From the human T2T-CHM13v2.0 reference genome, Homo sapiens, in assembly GCF_009914755.1 (NCBI RefSeq), contig NC_060925.1: a stretch of DNA of 64,000 bases; one strand, written 5' to 3'. The position numbers and the translations under genes are program-made. The notes beneath the pieces were generated by a model. It saw only the letters and a program-made list of their open reading frames with translations. It was not told the DNA's origin and searched no databases. Of the stretch, positions 11,933 to 26,900 are shown piece by piece. Numbering within the stretch: position 1 is the first letter of the stretch; every line of letters begins with the position of its first letter.

Positions 11933-14900
11933 CAAAAATAACCGTCATCAATTGGTATTGAATGGAATTGTCATCAAATGGAATTCCAAGGAATCATCAT
12001 CAAATGGAACCGAATGGAATCCTCATTGAATGGAAATGAAAGGGGTCATCATCTAATGGAATCGCATGGAATCATCATCAAATGGAATCGAATGCAATCA
12101 TCATCAAATGGAATCTAATGGAATCATTGAACAGAATTGAATGGAATCGTCATCGAATGAATTGAATGCAGTCATCGAATGGTCTCGAATGGAATCATCT
12201 TCTAATGGAAAGGAATGGAATCATCGCATAGAATCGAATGGAATTAACATTGAATGGACTAGAATGGAATCAACATCAAAAGGAATCAAGCGGAATTATC
12301 GAATGGAATCGAAAAGAATCATCGAATGGACTCGAATGGAATCATCTAATGGAATGGAATGGAATAATCCATGGACTCGAATGAAATCATCATCGAATGG
12401 AATCGAATGGAATCATCGAATGGACTCGAATGGAATAATCATTGAACGGAATCGAATGGAATCATCATCGGATGGAAACGAATGGAATCATCATCGAATG
12501 GAAATGAAAGGAGACATAATCTAATGGAATTGCATGGAATCATCATAAAATGGAATCGAATGGAATCAACATCAAATGGAATCAAATGGAATCATTGAAC
12601 GGAATTGAATGGAATCGTCATCGAATGAATTGAATGCAATCATCGAATGGTCTCGAATGGAATCATCTTCTAATGGAAAGGAATGGAATCATCGCATAGA
12701 ATCGAATGGAATTAAAATTGAATGAACTCGAATGGAATCAACATCAAACAGAAAAAATCGGTATTATCGAATGGAATCGAAGAGAATCATCGAATGGACC
12801 CGAATGGAATCAACTAATGGAATGGAATGGAGTAATCCATGGACTCGAATGCAATCATCATCGAATGGAATCGAATGGAATCATCGAATGGACTCGAATG
12901 GAATAATCATTGAACGGAATCGAATGGAATCATCATCGGATGGAAACGAATGGAATCATCATCGAATGGAAATGAAAGGAGTCATGTAATCGAATTGCAT
13001 GGAATCATCATAAAATGTAATCGATTGGAATCAACATCAAATGGAATCCAATGGAATCATTGAACGGAATTGAATGGAATCGTCATCGAATGAATTGAAT
13101 GCAATCATCGAATGGTATCGAATGGAATCATCTTCAAATGGAATGGAATGGAATCATCGCATAGAATCGAATGGAATTATCATCGAATGGAATCGAATGG
13201 AATCAACATCAAACGGAAAAAAACGGAATTATCGAATGGAATCGAAGAGAATCATCGAATGGACCCGAATGGAATCATCTAATGGAATGGAATGGAATAA
13301 TCCATGGACTCGAATGCAATCATCATCGAATGGATTCGAATGGAATCATCGAATGGACTCGAATGGAATAATCATCGAACGGAAACGAATGGAATCATCA
13401 TCGGATGGAAATGAATGGAATCATCATCGAATGGAATCGAATGGAATCATCATCAAATGGAATCGAATGGAATCATCATCAAATGGAATCTAATGGAATC
13501 ATTGAACAGAATTGAATGGAATCGTCATCGAATGAATTGAATGCAATCATCGAATGGTCTCCAATGGAATCATCTTCTAATGGAAAGGAATGGAATCATC
13601 GCATAGAATCGAATGGAATTAACATTGAATGGACTCGAATGGAATCAACATCAAACGGAATCAAGCGGAATTAACGAATGGAATCGAAGAGAATCATCGA
13701 ATGGACTCGAATGGAATCACCTAATGGAATGGAATGGAATAATCCATGGACACGAATGCAATCATCATCGAATGGAATCGAATGGAATCATCGAATGGAC
13801 TCGAATGGAATAATCATTGAACGGAATCGAATGGAATCATCATCGGATGGAAACGAATGGAATCATCATCGAATGGAAATGAAAGGAGTCATCATCTAAT
13901 GGAATTGCATGGAATCATCATAAAATGGAATCGAATGGAATCGACATCAAATGGAATCAAATGGAATCATTGAACGAAATTGAATGGAATCGTCGTCGAA
14001 TGAATTGAATGCAATCATCGAATGGTCTCGAATGGAATCATCTTCAAATGGAATGGAATGGAATCATCGCATAGAATCGAATGGAATTATCATCGAATGG
14101 CATCGAAAGGTATCAACAACAAACGGAAAAAAACGGAATTATCGAATGGAATCGAAGAGAATCATCGAACGGAACCGAATGGAATCATCTAATGGAATGG
14201 AATGGAATTATCCATGGACTCGAATGCAATCATCATCGAATGGAATCGAATGGAATCATCGAATGGACTCGAATGGAATAATCATTGAACGGAATCTAAT
14301 GGAATCATCATCGGATGGAAATGAATGGAATCATCATCGAATGGAATCGAATAGAATTATGGAATGAAATCCAGTGTGATCATCATCGAATGGACCCGAA
14401 TGGAATCATCATCCAACGGAAGCTAATGGAATCAACATCGAATGAATCGAATGGAAACACCATCGAATTGAAACGAATGGAATTATCATGAAATTGAAAT
14501 GGATGGACTCATCATCGAATGGATTCGAATGGAATCATCGAATAAAATTGATTGAAATCATGATCAAATGGAATCGAAAGGTATCATTGAATGGAATCGA
14601 ATGGAATCATCATCAGATGGAAATGAATGGAATCGTCATAGAATGGAATCGAATGGATTCATTGAATGGAATCAGATGGAATCATCGAATGGACTGGAAT
14701 GGAATCAGTGAATGGACTCGAAAGGGATCATCATTGAATGGAATTGAATGGAATCATCGAATGGTCTCGATTGGAATCATTATCAAATGGAATCGAATGA
14801 AATCACCGAATAGAATCGAATGGAACAATCATCGAATGGACTCAAATGGAATTATCTTCAAATGGAATCGAATGGAATTATCGAATGCAATCGAATGGAA

Positions 14901-17900
14901 TTATCGAATGCAATCGAATAGAATCATCGAATGGACTCGAATGGAATCATCGAATGGAATGGAATGGAACAGTCAATGAACTCGAATGGAATCATCATTG
15001 AATGGAATCGAATGGAATCATCGAGTGGAATCGAATGGAATTATGATCAAATGGAATCGAATGTAATCATCATCAAATGGAATCAAAAATAACCATCATC
15101 AAATGGTATTGATTGGATTGGTCATCAAATGGAATTCAAAGGAATCATCATCAAATGGAACAGAATGGAATCCTCATTGAATGGAAATGAAAGGGGTCAT
15201 CATCTAATGGAATCGCATGGAATCATCATCAAAAGGAATCGAATGGAATCATCATCAAATGGAATCTAATGGAATCATTGAACAGAATTGAATGGAATCG
15301 TCATCGAATGAATTGAATGCAATCATCGAATTGTCTCGAATGGAATCATCTTCTAATGGAAAGGAATGGAATCATCGCATAGAATCGAATGGAATTAACA
15401 TTGAATGGACTCGAATGGAATCCACATCAAACGGAATCAAGCGGAATTATCGAATGGAATCGAAGAGAATCATCGAATGGACTCGAATGGAATCATCTAA
15501 TGGAATGGAATGGAATAATCCACGGACTCGAATGAAATCATCATCATATAGAATCGAATGGAATCATCGAATGGACTCGAATGGATTAATCATTGAACGG
15601 AATCAAATGGAATCATCATCGAATGGAAACGAATGGAATCATCATCGAATGGAAATGAAAAGAGTCATCATCTAATGGAATTGCATGGAATCATCATAAA
15701 ATGGAATCGAATGGAATCAACATCAAATGGAATCAAATGGAATCATTGAACGGAATTGAATGGAATCGTCATCGAATGAATTGAATGCAATCATCGAATG
15801 GTCTCGAATGGAATCATCTTCTAATGGAAAGGAATGGAATCATCGCATAGAATCGAATGGAATTAAAATTGAATGGACTCGAATGGAATCAACATCAAAC
15901 GGAAAAAAACGGAATTATCGAATGGAATCGAAGAGAATCATCGAATGGACCCGAATGTAATCATCTAATGGAATGGAATGGAATAATCCATGGACTCGAA
16001 TGCAATCATCATCGAATGGAATCGAATGGAATCATCGAATGGACACGAATGGAATAATCATTGAACGGAATCGAATGGAATCATCATCGGATAGAAACGA
16101 ATGGAATCATCATCGAATGGAAATGAAAGGAGTCATGTAATGGAATTGCATGGAATCATCATAAAATGGAATCGAATGGAATCAACATCAAATGGAATCC
16201 AATGGAATCATTGAACGGAAATGAATGGAATCGTCATCGAATGAATTGAATGAAATCATCGAATGGTCTCGAATGGAATCATCTTCAAATGGAATGGAGT
16301 GGAATCATCGCATAGAATCGAATGGAATTATCATCGAATGGAATCGAATGGAATCAACATCAAACGGAAAAAAAACGGAATTATCGAATGGAATCAAAGA
16401 GAATCATCGAATGGACCCGAATGGAAACATCTAATGGAATGGAATGGAATAATCCATGGACTCGAATGCAATCATCATCGAATGGAATCGAATGGAATCA
16501 TCGAATGGACTCGAATGGAATAATCATCGAATGGAATCGAGTGGAATCTTCATCGGATGGAAATGAATGGAATCATCATCGAATGGAATCGAATAGAATT
16601 ATGGAATGAAATCCAGTGTGATCATCATCGAATGGACCCGAATGGAATCATCATACAACGGAAGCTAATGGAATCAACATCGAATGAATCGAATGGAAAC
16701 ACCATCGAATTGAAACGAATGGAATTATCATGAAATTGAAATGGATGGACTCATCATCGAATGGATTCGAATGGAATCATCGAATAAAATTGATTGAAAT
16801 CATCATCAAATGGAATCGAATGATATCATTGAATGGAATCGAATGGAATCATCATCAGATGGAAATGAATGGAATCGTCATAGAATGGAATCGAATGGAT
16901 TCATTGAATGGAATCAGATGGAATCATCGAATGGACTGGAATGGAATCATTGAATGGACTCGAAAGGGATCATTATTGAATGGAATTGAATGGAATCATC
17001 GAATGGTCTCGATTGGAATCATTATCAAATGGAATCGAATGGAATCACCGAATAGAATCGAATGGAACAATCATCGAATGGAATCAAATGGAATTATCCT
17101 CAAATGGAATCGAATGGAATTATCGAATGCAATCGAATGGAATTATCGAATGCAATCGAATAGAATCATCGAATAGATTCGAATGGAATCATCGAATGGA
17201 ATGGAATGGAACAGTCAATGAACTCGAATGGAATCATCATTGAATGGAATCGAATGGAATCATCGAGTGGAATCGAATGGAATTATGATCAAATGGAATT
17301 GAATGTAATCATCATCAAATGGAATCAAAAATAACCATCATCAATTGGTATTGAATGGAATTGTCATCAAATGGAATTCAAAGGAATCATCATCAAATGG
17401 AACCGAATGGAATCCTCATTGAATGGAAATGAAAGGGGTCATCATCTAATGGAATCGCATGGAATCATCATCAAATGGAATCGAATGGAATCATCATCAA
17501 ATGGAATCTAATGGAATCATTGAACAGAATTGAATGGAATCGTTATCGAATGAATTGAATGCAATCATCGAATGGTCTCGAATGGAATCATCTTCTATTG
17601 GAAAGGAATGGAATCATCGCATAGAATCGAATGGAATTAACATTGAATGGACTCGAATGGAATCAACATCAAACGGAATCAAGCGGAATTATCAAATGGA
17701 ATCGAAGATAATCATCTTATGGACTCGAATGGAATCACCTAATGGAATGGAATGGAATAATCCATGGACTCGAATGCAATCATCATCGAATGGAATCGAA
17801 TGGAATCATCGAATGGACTCGAATGGAATAATCATTGAACGGAATCGAATGGAATCATCATCGGATGGAAACGAATGGAATCATCATCGAATGGAAATGA

Positions 17901-20900
17901 AAGGAGTCATCATCTAATGGAATTGCATGGAATCATCATAAAATGGAATCGAATGGAATCGACATCAAATGGAATCAACTGGAATCATTGAACGAAATTG
18001 AGTGGAATCATCGTCGAATGAATTGAATGCAATCATCGAATGGTCTCGAATGGAATCATCTTCAAATGGAATGGAATGGAATCATCGCATAGAATCGAAT
18101 GGAATTATCATCGAATGGCATCGAAAGGTATCAACAACAAACGGAAAAAAACGGAATTATCGAATGGAATCGAAGAGAATCATCGAACGGTCCCGAATGG
18201 AATCATCTAATGGAATGGAATGGAATTATCCATGGACTCGAATGCAATCATCATCGAATGGAATCGAATGGAATCATCGAATGGACTCGAATGGAATAAT
18301 CATTGAACGGAATCTAATGGAATCATCATCGGATGGAAATGAATGGAATCATCATCGAATGGAATCGAATAGAATTATGGAATGAAATCCAGTGTGATCA
18401 TCATCGAATTGACCCGAATGGAATCATCATCCAACGGAAGCTAATGGAATCAACATCGAATGAATCGAATGGAAACACCATCGAATTGAAACGAATGGAA
18501 TTATCATGAAATTGAAATGGATGGACTCATCATCGAATGGATTCGAATGGAATCATCGAATAAAATTGATTGAAATCATGATCAAATGGAATCGAAAGGT
18601 ATCATTGAATGGAATCGAATGGAATCATCATCAGATGGAAATGAATGGAATCGTCATAGAATGGAATCGAATGGATTCATTGAATGGAATCAGATGGAAT
18701 CATCGAATGGACTGGAATGGAATCAGTGAATGGACTCGAAAGGGATCATCATTGAATGGAATTGAATGGAATCATCGAATGGTCTCGATTGGAATCATTA
18801 TCAAATGGAATCGAATGAAATCACCGAATAGAATCGAATGGAACAATCATCGAAAGGACTCAAATGGAATTATGTTCAAATGGAATCGAATGGAATTATC
18901 GAATGCAATCGAATGGAATTATCGAATGCAATCGAATAGAATCATCGAATGGACTCGAATGGAATCATCGAATGGAATGGAAAGGAACAGTCAATGAACT
19001 CGAATGGAATCATCATTGAATGGAATCGAATGGAATCATCGAGTGGAATCGAATGGAATTATGATCAAATGGAATCGAATGTAATCATCATCAAATGCAA
19101 TCAAAAATAACCATCATCAATTGGTATTGAATGGATTGGTCATCAAATGGAATTCAAAGGAATCATCATCAAATGGAACCGAATGGAATCCTCATTGAAT
19201 GGAAATGAAAGGGGTCATCTAATGGAATCGCATGGAATCATCATCAAATGGAATCGAATGGAATCATCATCAAATGGAATCTAATGGAATCATTGAACAG
19301 AATTGAATGGAATCGTCATCGAATGAATTGAATGCAATCATCGAATTGTCTCGAATGGAATCATCTTCTAATGGAAAGGAATGGAATCATCGCATAGAAT
19401 CGAATGGAATTAACATTGAATGGACTCGAATGGAATCCACATCAAACGGAATCAAGCGGAATTATCGAATGGAATCGAAGAGAATCATCGAATGGACTCG
19501 AATGGAATCATCTAATGGAATGGAATGGAATAATCCACGGACTCGAATGCAATCATCATCATATAGAATCGAATGGAATCATCGAATGGACTCGAATGGA
19601 TTAATCATTGAACGGAATCAAATAGAATCATCATCGAATGGAAACGAATGGAATCATCATCGAAAGGAAATGAACAGAGTCATCATCTAATGGAATTGCA
19701 TGGAATCATCATAAAATGGAATAGAATGGAATCAACATCAAATGGAATCAAATGGAATCATTGAACGGAATTGAATGGAATCGTCATCGAATGAATTGAA
19801 TGCAATCATCGAATGGTCTCGAATGGAATCATCTTCTAATGGAAAGGAATGGAATCATCGCATAGAATCGAATGGAATTAAAATTGAATGGACTCGAATG
19901 GAATCAACATCAAACGGAAAAAAACGGAATTATCGAATGGAATCGAAGAGAATCATCGAATGGACCCGAATGTAATCATCTAATGGAATGGAATGGAATA
20001 ATCCATGGACTCGAATGCAATCATCATCGAATGGAGTCGAATGGAATCATCGAATGGACACGAATGGAATTATCATTGAACGGAATCGAATGGAATCATC
20101 ATCGGATGGAAACGAATGGAATCATCATCGAATGGAAATGAAAGGAGTCATGTAATGGAATTGCATGGAATCATCATAAAATGGAATCGAATGGAATCAA
20201 CATCAAATGGAATCCAATGGAATCATTGAACGGAATTGAATGGAATCGTCATCGAATGAATTGAATGCAATCATCGAATGGTCTCGAATGGAATCATCTT
20301 CAAATGAAATGGAATGGAATCATTGCATAGAATCGAATGGAATTATCATCGAATGGAATCGAATGTTATCAACATCAAATGGAAAAAAACGGAATTATCG
20401 CATGGAATCGAAGAGAATCATCGAATGGACCCGAATGGAATCATCTAATGGAATGGAATGGAATAATCCATGGACTCGAATGCAATCATCATCGAATGGA
20501 ATCGAATGGAATCATCGAATGGAGTCGAATGGAATAATCATTGAACGGAATCGAATGCAATCATCATCGGATGGAAATGAATGGAATCATCATCGAATGG
20601 AATCGAATAGAATTATGGAATAAAATCCAGTGTGATCATCATCGAATGGACCCGAATGGAATCATCATCCAACGGAAGATAATGGAATCAACATCGAATG
20701 AATCTAACAGAAACACCATCGAATTGAAATGAATGGAATTATCATGAAATTGTAATGGATGGACTCATCATCGAATGCATTCGAATGGAATCATCGAATA
20801 AAATTGATTGAAATCATCATCAAATGTAATCAAATGGTATCATTGAATGGAATCGAATGAAATCGTCATCAGATGGAAATGAATGGAATCGTCATAGAAT

Positions 20901-23900
20901 GGAATCGAATGGATTCATTGAATGGAATCAGATGGAATCATCGAATGGACTGGAATGGAATCATTGAATGGACTCGAAAGGGATCATGATTGAATGGAAT
21001 TGAATGGAAACATCGAATGGTCTCGATTGGAATCATTATCAAATGGAATCGAATGGAATCACCGAATAGAATCGAATGGAACAATCATCGAATGGACTCA
21101 AATGGAATTATCCTCAAATGGAATCGAATGGAATTATCGAATGCAATCGAATGGAATTATCGAATGCAATCGAATAGAATCATCGAATGGACTCGAATGG
21201 AATCATCGAATGGAATGGAATGGAACAGTCAATGAACTCGAATGGAATCATCATTGAATGGAATCGAATGGAATCATCGAGTGGAATCGAATGGAATTAT
21301 GATCAAATGGAATCGAATGTAATCATCATCAAATGGAATCAAAAATAACCATCATCAATTGGTATTGAATGGAATTGTCATCAAATGGAATTCAAAGGAA
21401 TCATCATCAAATGGAACCGAATGGAATCCTCATTGAATGGAAATGAAAGGGGTCATCATCTAATGGAATCACATGGAATCATCATCAAATGGAATCGAAT
21501 GGAATCATCATCAAATGGAATCTAATGGAATCATTGAACAGAATTGAATGGAATCGTCATCGAATGAATTGAATACAATCATCGAATGGTCTCGAATGCA
21601 ATCATCTTCTAATGGAAAGGAATGGAATCATCGCATAGAATCGAATGGAATTAACATTGAATGGACTCGAATGGAATCAACATCAAACGGAATCAAGCGG
21701 AATTATCGAATGGAATCGAAGAGAACCATCGAATGGACTCGAATGGAATCATCTAATGGAATGGAATGGAATAATCCACGGACTCGAATGCAATCATCAT
21801 CGTATAGAATCGAATGGAATCATTGAATGGACTCGAATGGTATAATCATTGAACGGAATCGAATGGAATCATCATCGGATGGAAACGAATGGAATTATCA
21901 TCGAATGGAAATGAAAGGAGTCATCATCTAATGGAATCGCATGGAATCATCATAAAATGGAATCGAATGGAATCAACATCAAATGGAATCAAATGGAATC
22001 ATTGAACGGAATTGAATGGAATCGTCATCGAATGAATTGAATGCAATCATCGAATGGTCTCGAATGGAATCATCTTCAAATGGAATGGAATGGAATCATC
22101 GCATAGAATCGAATGGAATTATCATCGAATGGAATCGAAAGGTATCAACATCAAACGGAAAAAAACGGAATTATCGAATGGAATCGAAGAGAATCATCGA
22201 ACGGACCCGAATGGAATCATCTAATGGAAAGGAATGGAATAATCCATGGACTCGAATCCAATCATCATCGAATGGAATCGAATGGAATCATTGAAAGGAC
22301 TCTAATGGAATAATCATTGAACGGAATCGAATGGAATCATCATCGAATGGAAACTAATGGAATCATCATCGAATGGAAATGAAAGGAGTCATCATCTAAT
22401 GGAATTGCATGGAATCATCATAAAATGGAATCGAATGGAATCAACATCAAATGGAATGAAATGGAATCATTGAACGGAATTGAATGGAATCTTCATCGAA
22501 TGAATTGAATGCAATCATCGAATGGTCTCGAATGGAATCATCTTCAAATGGAATGGAATGGAATCATCGCATAGAATCGAATGGAATTATCATCGAATGG
22601 AATCGAATGGAATCAACATCAAACGGAAAAAAACGGAATTATCGAATGGAATCGAAGAGAATCATCGAATGGACCCGAATGGAATCATCTAATGGAATGG
22701 AATGGAATAATCCATGGACTCGAATGTAATCATCATCAAATGGAATCGAATGGAATCATCGAATGGACGCGAATGGAATAATCATTGAACGGAATCGAAT
22801 GGAATCATCATCGGATGGAAATGAATGGAATCATCATCGAATGGAATCGAATAGAATTATGGAATGAAATCCAGTGTGATCATCATCGAATGGACCCGAA
22901 TGGAATCATCATCCAACGGAAGCTAATGGAATCAACATCGAATGAATCGAATGGAAACACCATCGAATTGAAACGAATGGAATTATCATGAAATTGAAAT
23001 GGATGGACTCATCATCGAATGGATTCGAATGGAATCATCGAATAAAATTGATTGAAATCATCATCAAATGGAATCGAATGGTATCATTGAATGGAAACGA
23101 ATGGAATCATCATCAGATGGAAATGAATGGAATCCTCATAGAATGGAATCGAATGGATTCATTGAATGGAATCAGATGGAATCATCGAATGGACTGGAAT
23201 GGAATCATTGAATGGACTCGAAAGGGATCATTATTGAATTGAATTGAATGGAATCATCGAATGGTCTCGATTGGAATCATTATCAAATGGAATCGAATGG
23301 AATCACCGAATAGAATCGAATGGAACAATCATCGAATAGACTCAAATGGAATTATCCTCCAATGGAATCGAATGGAATTATGGAATGCAATCGAATGGAA
23401 TTATCAAATGCAATCGAATAGAATCATCGAATGGACTTGAATGGAATCATCGAATGGAGTGGAATGGAACAGTCAATGAACTCGAATGGAATCATCATTG
23501 AATGGACTCGAATGGAATCATCGAGTTCAATCGAATGAAATTATGATCAAATGGAATCGAATGTTATCATCATCAAATGGAATCAAAAGTAACCATCATC
23601 AATTGGTATTGAATGGAATTGTCATCAAATGGAATTCAAAGGAATCATCATCAAATGGAACAGAATGGAATCCTCATTCAATGGAAATGAAAGGGGTCAT
23701 CATCTAATGGAATCGCATGGAATCATCATCAAATGGAATCGAATGGAATCATCATCAAATGGAATCTAATGGAATCATGGAACAGAATTGAATGGAATCG
23801 TCATGGAATGAATTCAATGCAATCATCGAATGGTCTCGAATGGAATCATCTTCTAATGGAAAGGAATGGAATCATCGCATAGAATCGAATGGAATTAACA

Positions 23901-26900
23901 TTGAATGGACTCGAATGGAATCAACATCAAACGGAATCAAGCGGAATTATCGAATGGAATCGAAGAGAACCATCGAATGGACTCGAATGGAATCATCTAA
24001 TGGAATGGAATGGAATAATCCACGGACTCGAATGCAATCATCATCGTATAGAATCGAATGGAATCATCGAATGGACTCGAATGGAGTAATCATTGAACGG
24101 AATCGAATGGAATCATCATCGGATGGAAACGAATGGAATCATCATCGAATGGAAATGAAAGGAGTCATCATCTAATGGAATTGCATGGAATCATCATAAA
24201 ATGGAATCGAATGGAATCAACATCAAATGGAATCAAATGGAATCATTGAACGGAATTGAATGAAATCATCATCGAATGAATTGAATGCAATCATCGAATG
24301 GTCTCGAATGGAATCATCTTCAAATGGAATGGAATGGAATCATCGCATAGAATCGAATGGAATTATCATCGAATGGAATCGAATGGTATCAACATCAAAC
24401 GGAAAAAAACGGAATTATCGAATGGAATCGAAGAGAATCATCGAACGGACCCGAATGGAATCATCTAATGGAATGGAATGGAATAATCCATGGACTCGAA
24501 TGCAATCATCATCGAATGGAATCGAATGGAATCATCGAATGGACTCAAATGGAATAATCATTGAAGGGAATCGAATGGAATCATCATCGGATGGAAATGA
24601 ATGGAATCATCATTGAATGGAATCGAGTAGAATTATGGAATGAAATCCAGTGTGATCATCATCGAATGGACCCGAATGGAATCATCATCCAACGGAAGCT
24701 AATGGAATCAACATCGAATGAATCGAATGGAAACACCATCGAATTGAAACGAATGGAATTATCATGAAATTGAAATGGATGCACTCATCATCGAATGGAT
24801 TCGAATGGAATCATCGAATAAAATTGATTGAAATCATCATCAAATGGAATCGAATGGTATCATTGAATGGAATCGAATGGAATCATCATCAGATGGAAAT
24901 GAATGGAATCGACATAGAATGGAATCGAATGTATTCATTGAATGGAATCAGATGGAATCATCGAATGGACTGGAATGGAATCATTGAATGGACTCGAAAG
25001 GGATCATTATTGAATGGAATTGAATGGAATCATCGAATGGTCTCGATTGGAATCATTATCAAATGGAATCCAATGGAATCACCGAATAGAATCGAATGGA
25101 ACAGTCATCGAATGGACTCAAATGGAATTATCCTCCAATGGAATCGAATGGAATTATCGAATGCAATCGAATGGAATTATCGAATGCAATCGAATAGAAT
25201 CATCGAATGCACTCGAATGGAATCATCGAATGGAGTGGAATGGAACAGTCAATGAACTCGAATGGAATCATCATTGAATGGACTCGAATGGAATCATCGA
25301 GTGGAATCGAATGAAATTATGATCAAATGGAATCGAATGTTATCATCATCAAATGGAATCAAAAGTAACCATCATCAATTGCTATTGAATGGAATTGTCA
25401 TCAAATGGAATTCAAAGGAATCATCATCAAATGGAACCGAATGGAATCCTCATTGAATAGAAATGAAAGGGGTCATCATCTAATGGAATCGCATGGAATC
25501 ATCATCAAATGGAATCGAATGGAATCATCATCAAATGGAATCTAATGGAATCATGGAACAGAATTGAATGGAATCGTCATGGAATGAATTGAATGCAATC
25601 ATCGAATGGTCTCGAATGGAATCATCTTCTAATGGAAAGGAATGGAATCATCGCATAGAATCGAATGGAATTAACATTGAATGGACTCGAATGCAATCAA
25701 CATCAAACGGAATCAAGCGGAATTATCGAATGGAATCGAAGAGAACCATCGAATGGACTCGAATGGAATCATCTCATGGAATGGAATGGAATAATCCACG
25801 GACTCGAATGCAATCATCATCGTATAGAATCGAATGGAATCATCGAATGGACTCGAATGGAATAATCATTGAACGGAAACGAATGGAATCATCATCGGAT
25901 GGAAACGAATGGAATCATCATCGAATGGAAATGAAAGGGGTCATCATCTAATGGAATTGCATGGAATCATCATCAAATGGAATCGAATGGAATCAACATC
26001 AAATGGAATCAAATGGAATCATTGAACGGAATTGAATGGAATCGTCATCGAATGAATTGAATGCAATCATCGAATGGTCTCGAATGGAATTATCTTCAAA
26101 TGGAATGGAATGGAATCATCGCATAGAATCGAATGGAATTATCATCGAATGGAATCGAATGGAATCAACATCAAACGGAAAAAAACGGAATTATCGAATG
26201 GAATCGAAGAGAATCATCGAATGGACCCGAATGGAATCATCTAATGGAATGGAATGGAATAATCTATGGACTCGAATGCAATCATCATCGAATGGAATCG
26301 AATGGAATCATCGAATGGACTCGAATGGAATAATCATTGAACGGAATCGAATGGAATCATCATCGGATGGAAATGAATGGAATCATCATCGAATGGAATC
26401 GAATAGAATTATGGAATGAAATCCAGTGTGATCATCATCGAATGGACCCGAATGGAATCATCATCCAACGGAAGCTAATGGAATCAACATCGAATGAATC
26501 GAATGGAAACACCATCGAATTGAAACGAATGGAATTATCATGAAATTGAAATGGATGGACTCATCATCGAATGGATTCGAATGTAATCATCGAATGAAAT
26601 TGATTGAAATCATCATCAAATTGAATCGAATGGTATCATTGAATGGAATCGAATGGAATCATCATCAGATGGAAAAGAATGGAATCGTCATAGAATGGAA
26701 TCGAATGGATTCATTGAATGGAATCAGATGGAATCATCGAATGGACTGGAATGGAATCATTGAATGGACTCGAGAGGGATCATTATTGAATGGAATTGAA
26801 TGGAATCATGGAATGGTCTCGATTGGAATCATTATCAAATGGAATCGAATGGAATCACGGAATAGAATCGAATGGAACAATCATCGAATGGACTCCAATG

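Noticed and set aside
16368-16375. A8 instead of A7 homopolymer as a sequencing error or programmed frameshift
   Set aside because: The same A8 is present in copy 2 (47083-47090), so it is probably a real inherited slippage variant. There is no real ORF for it to shift.
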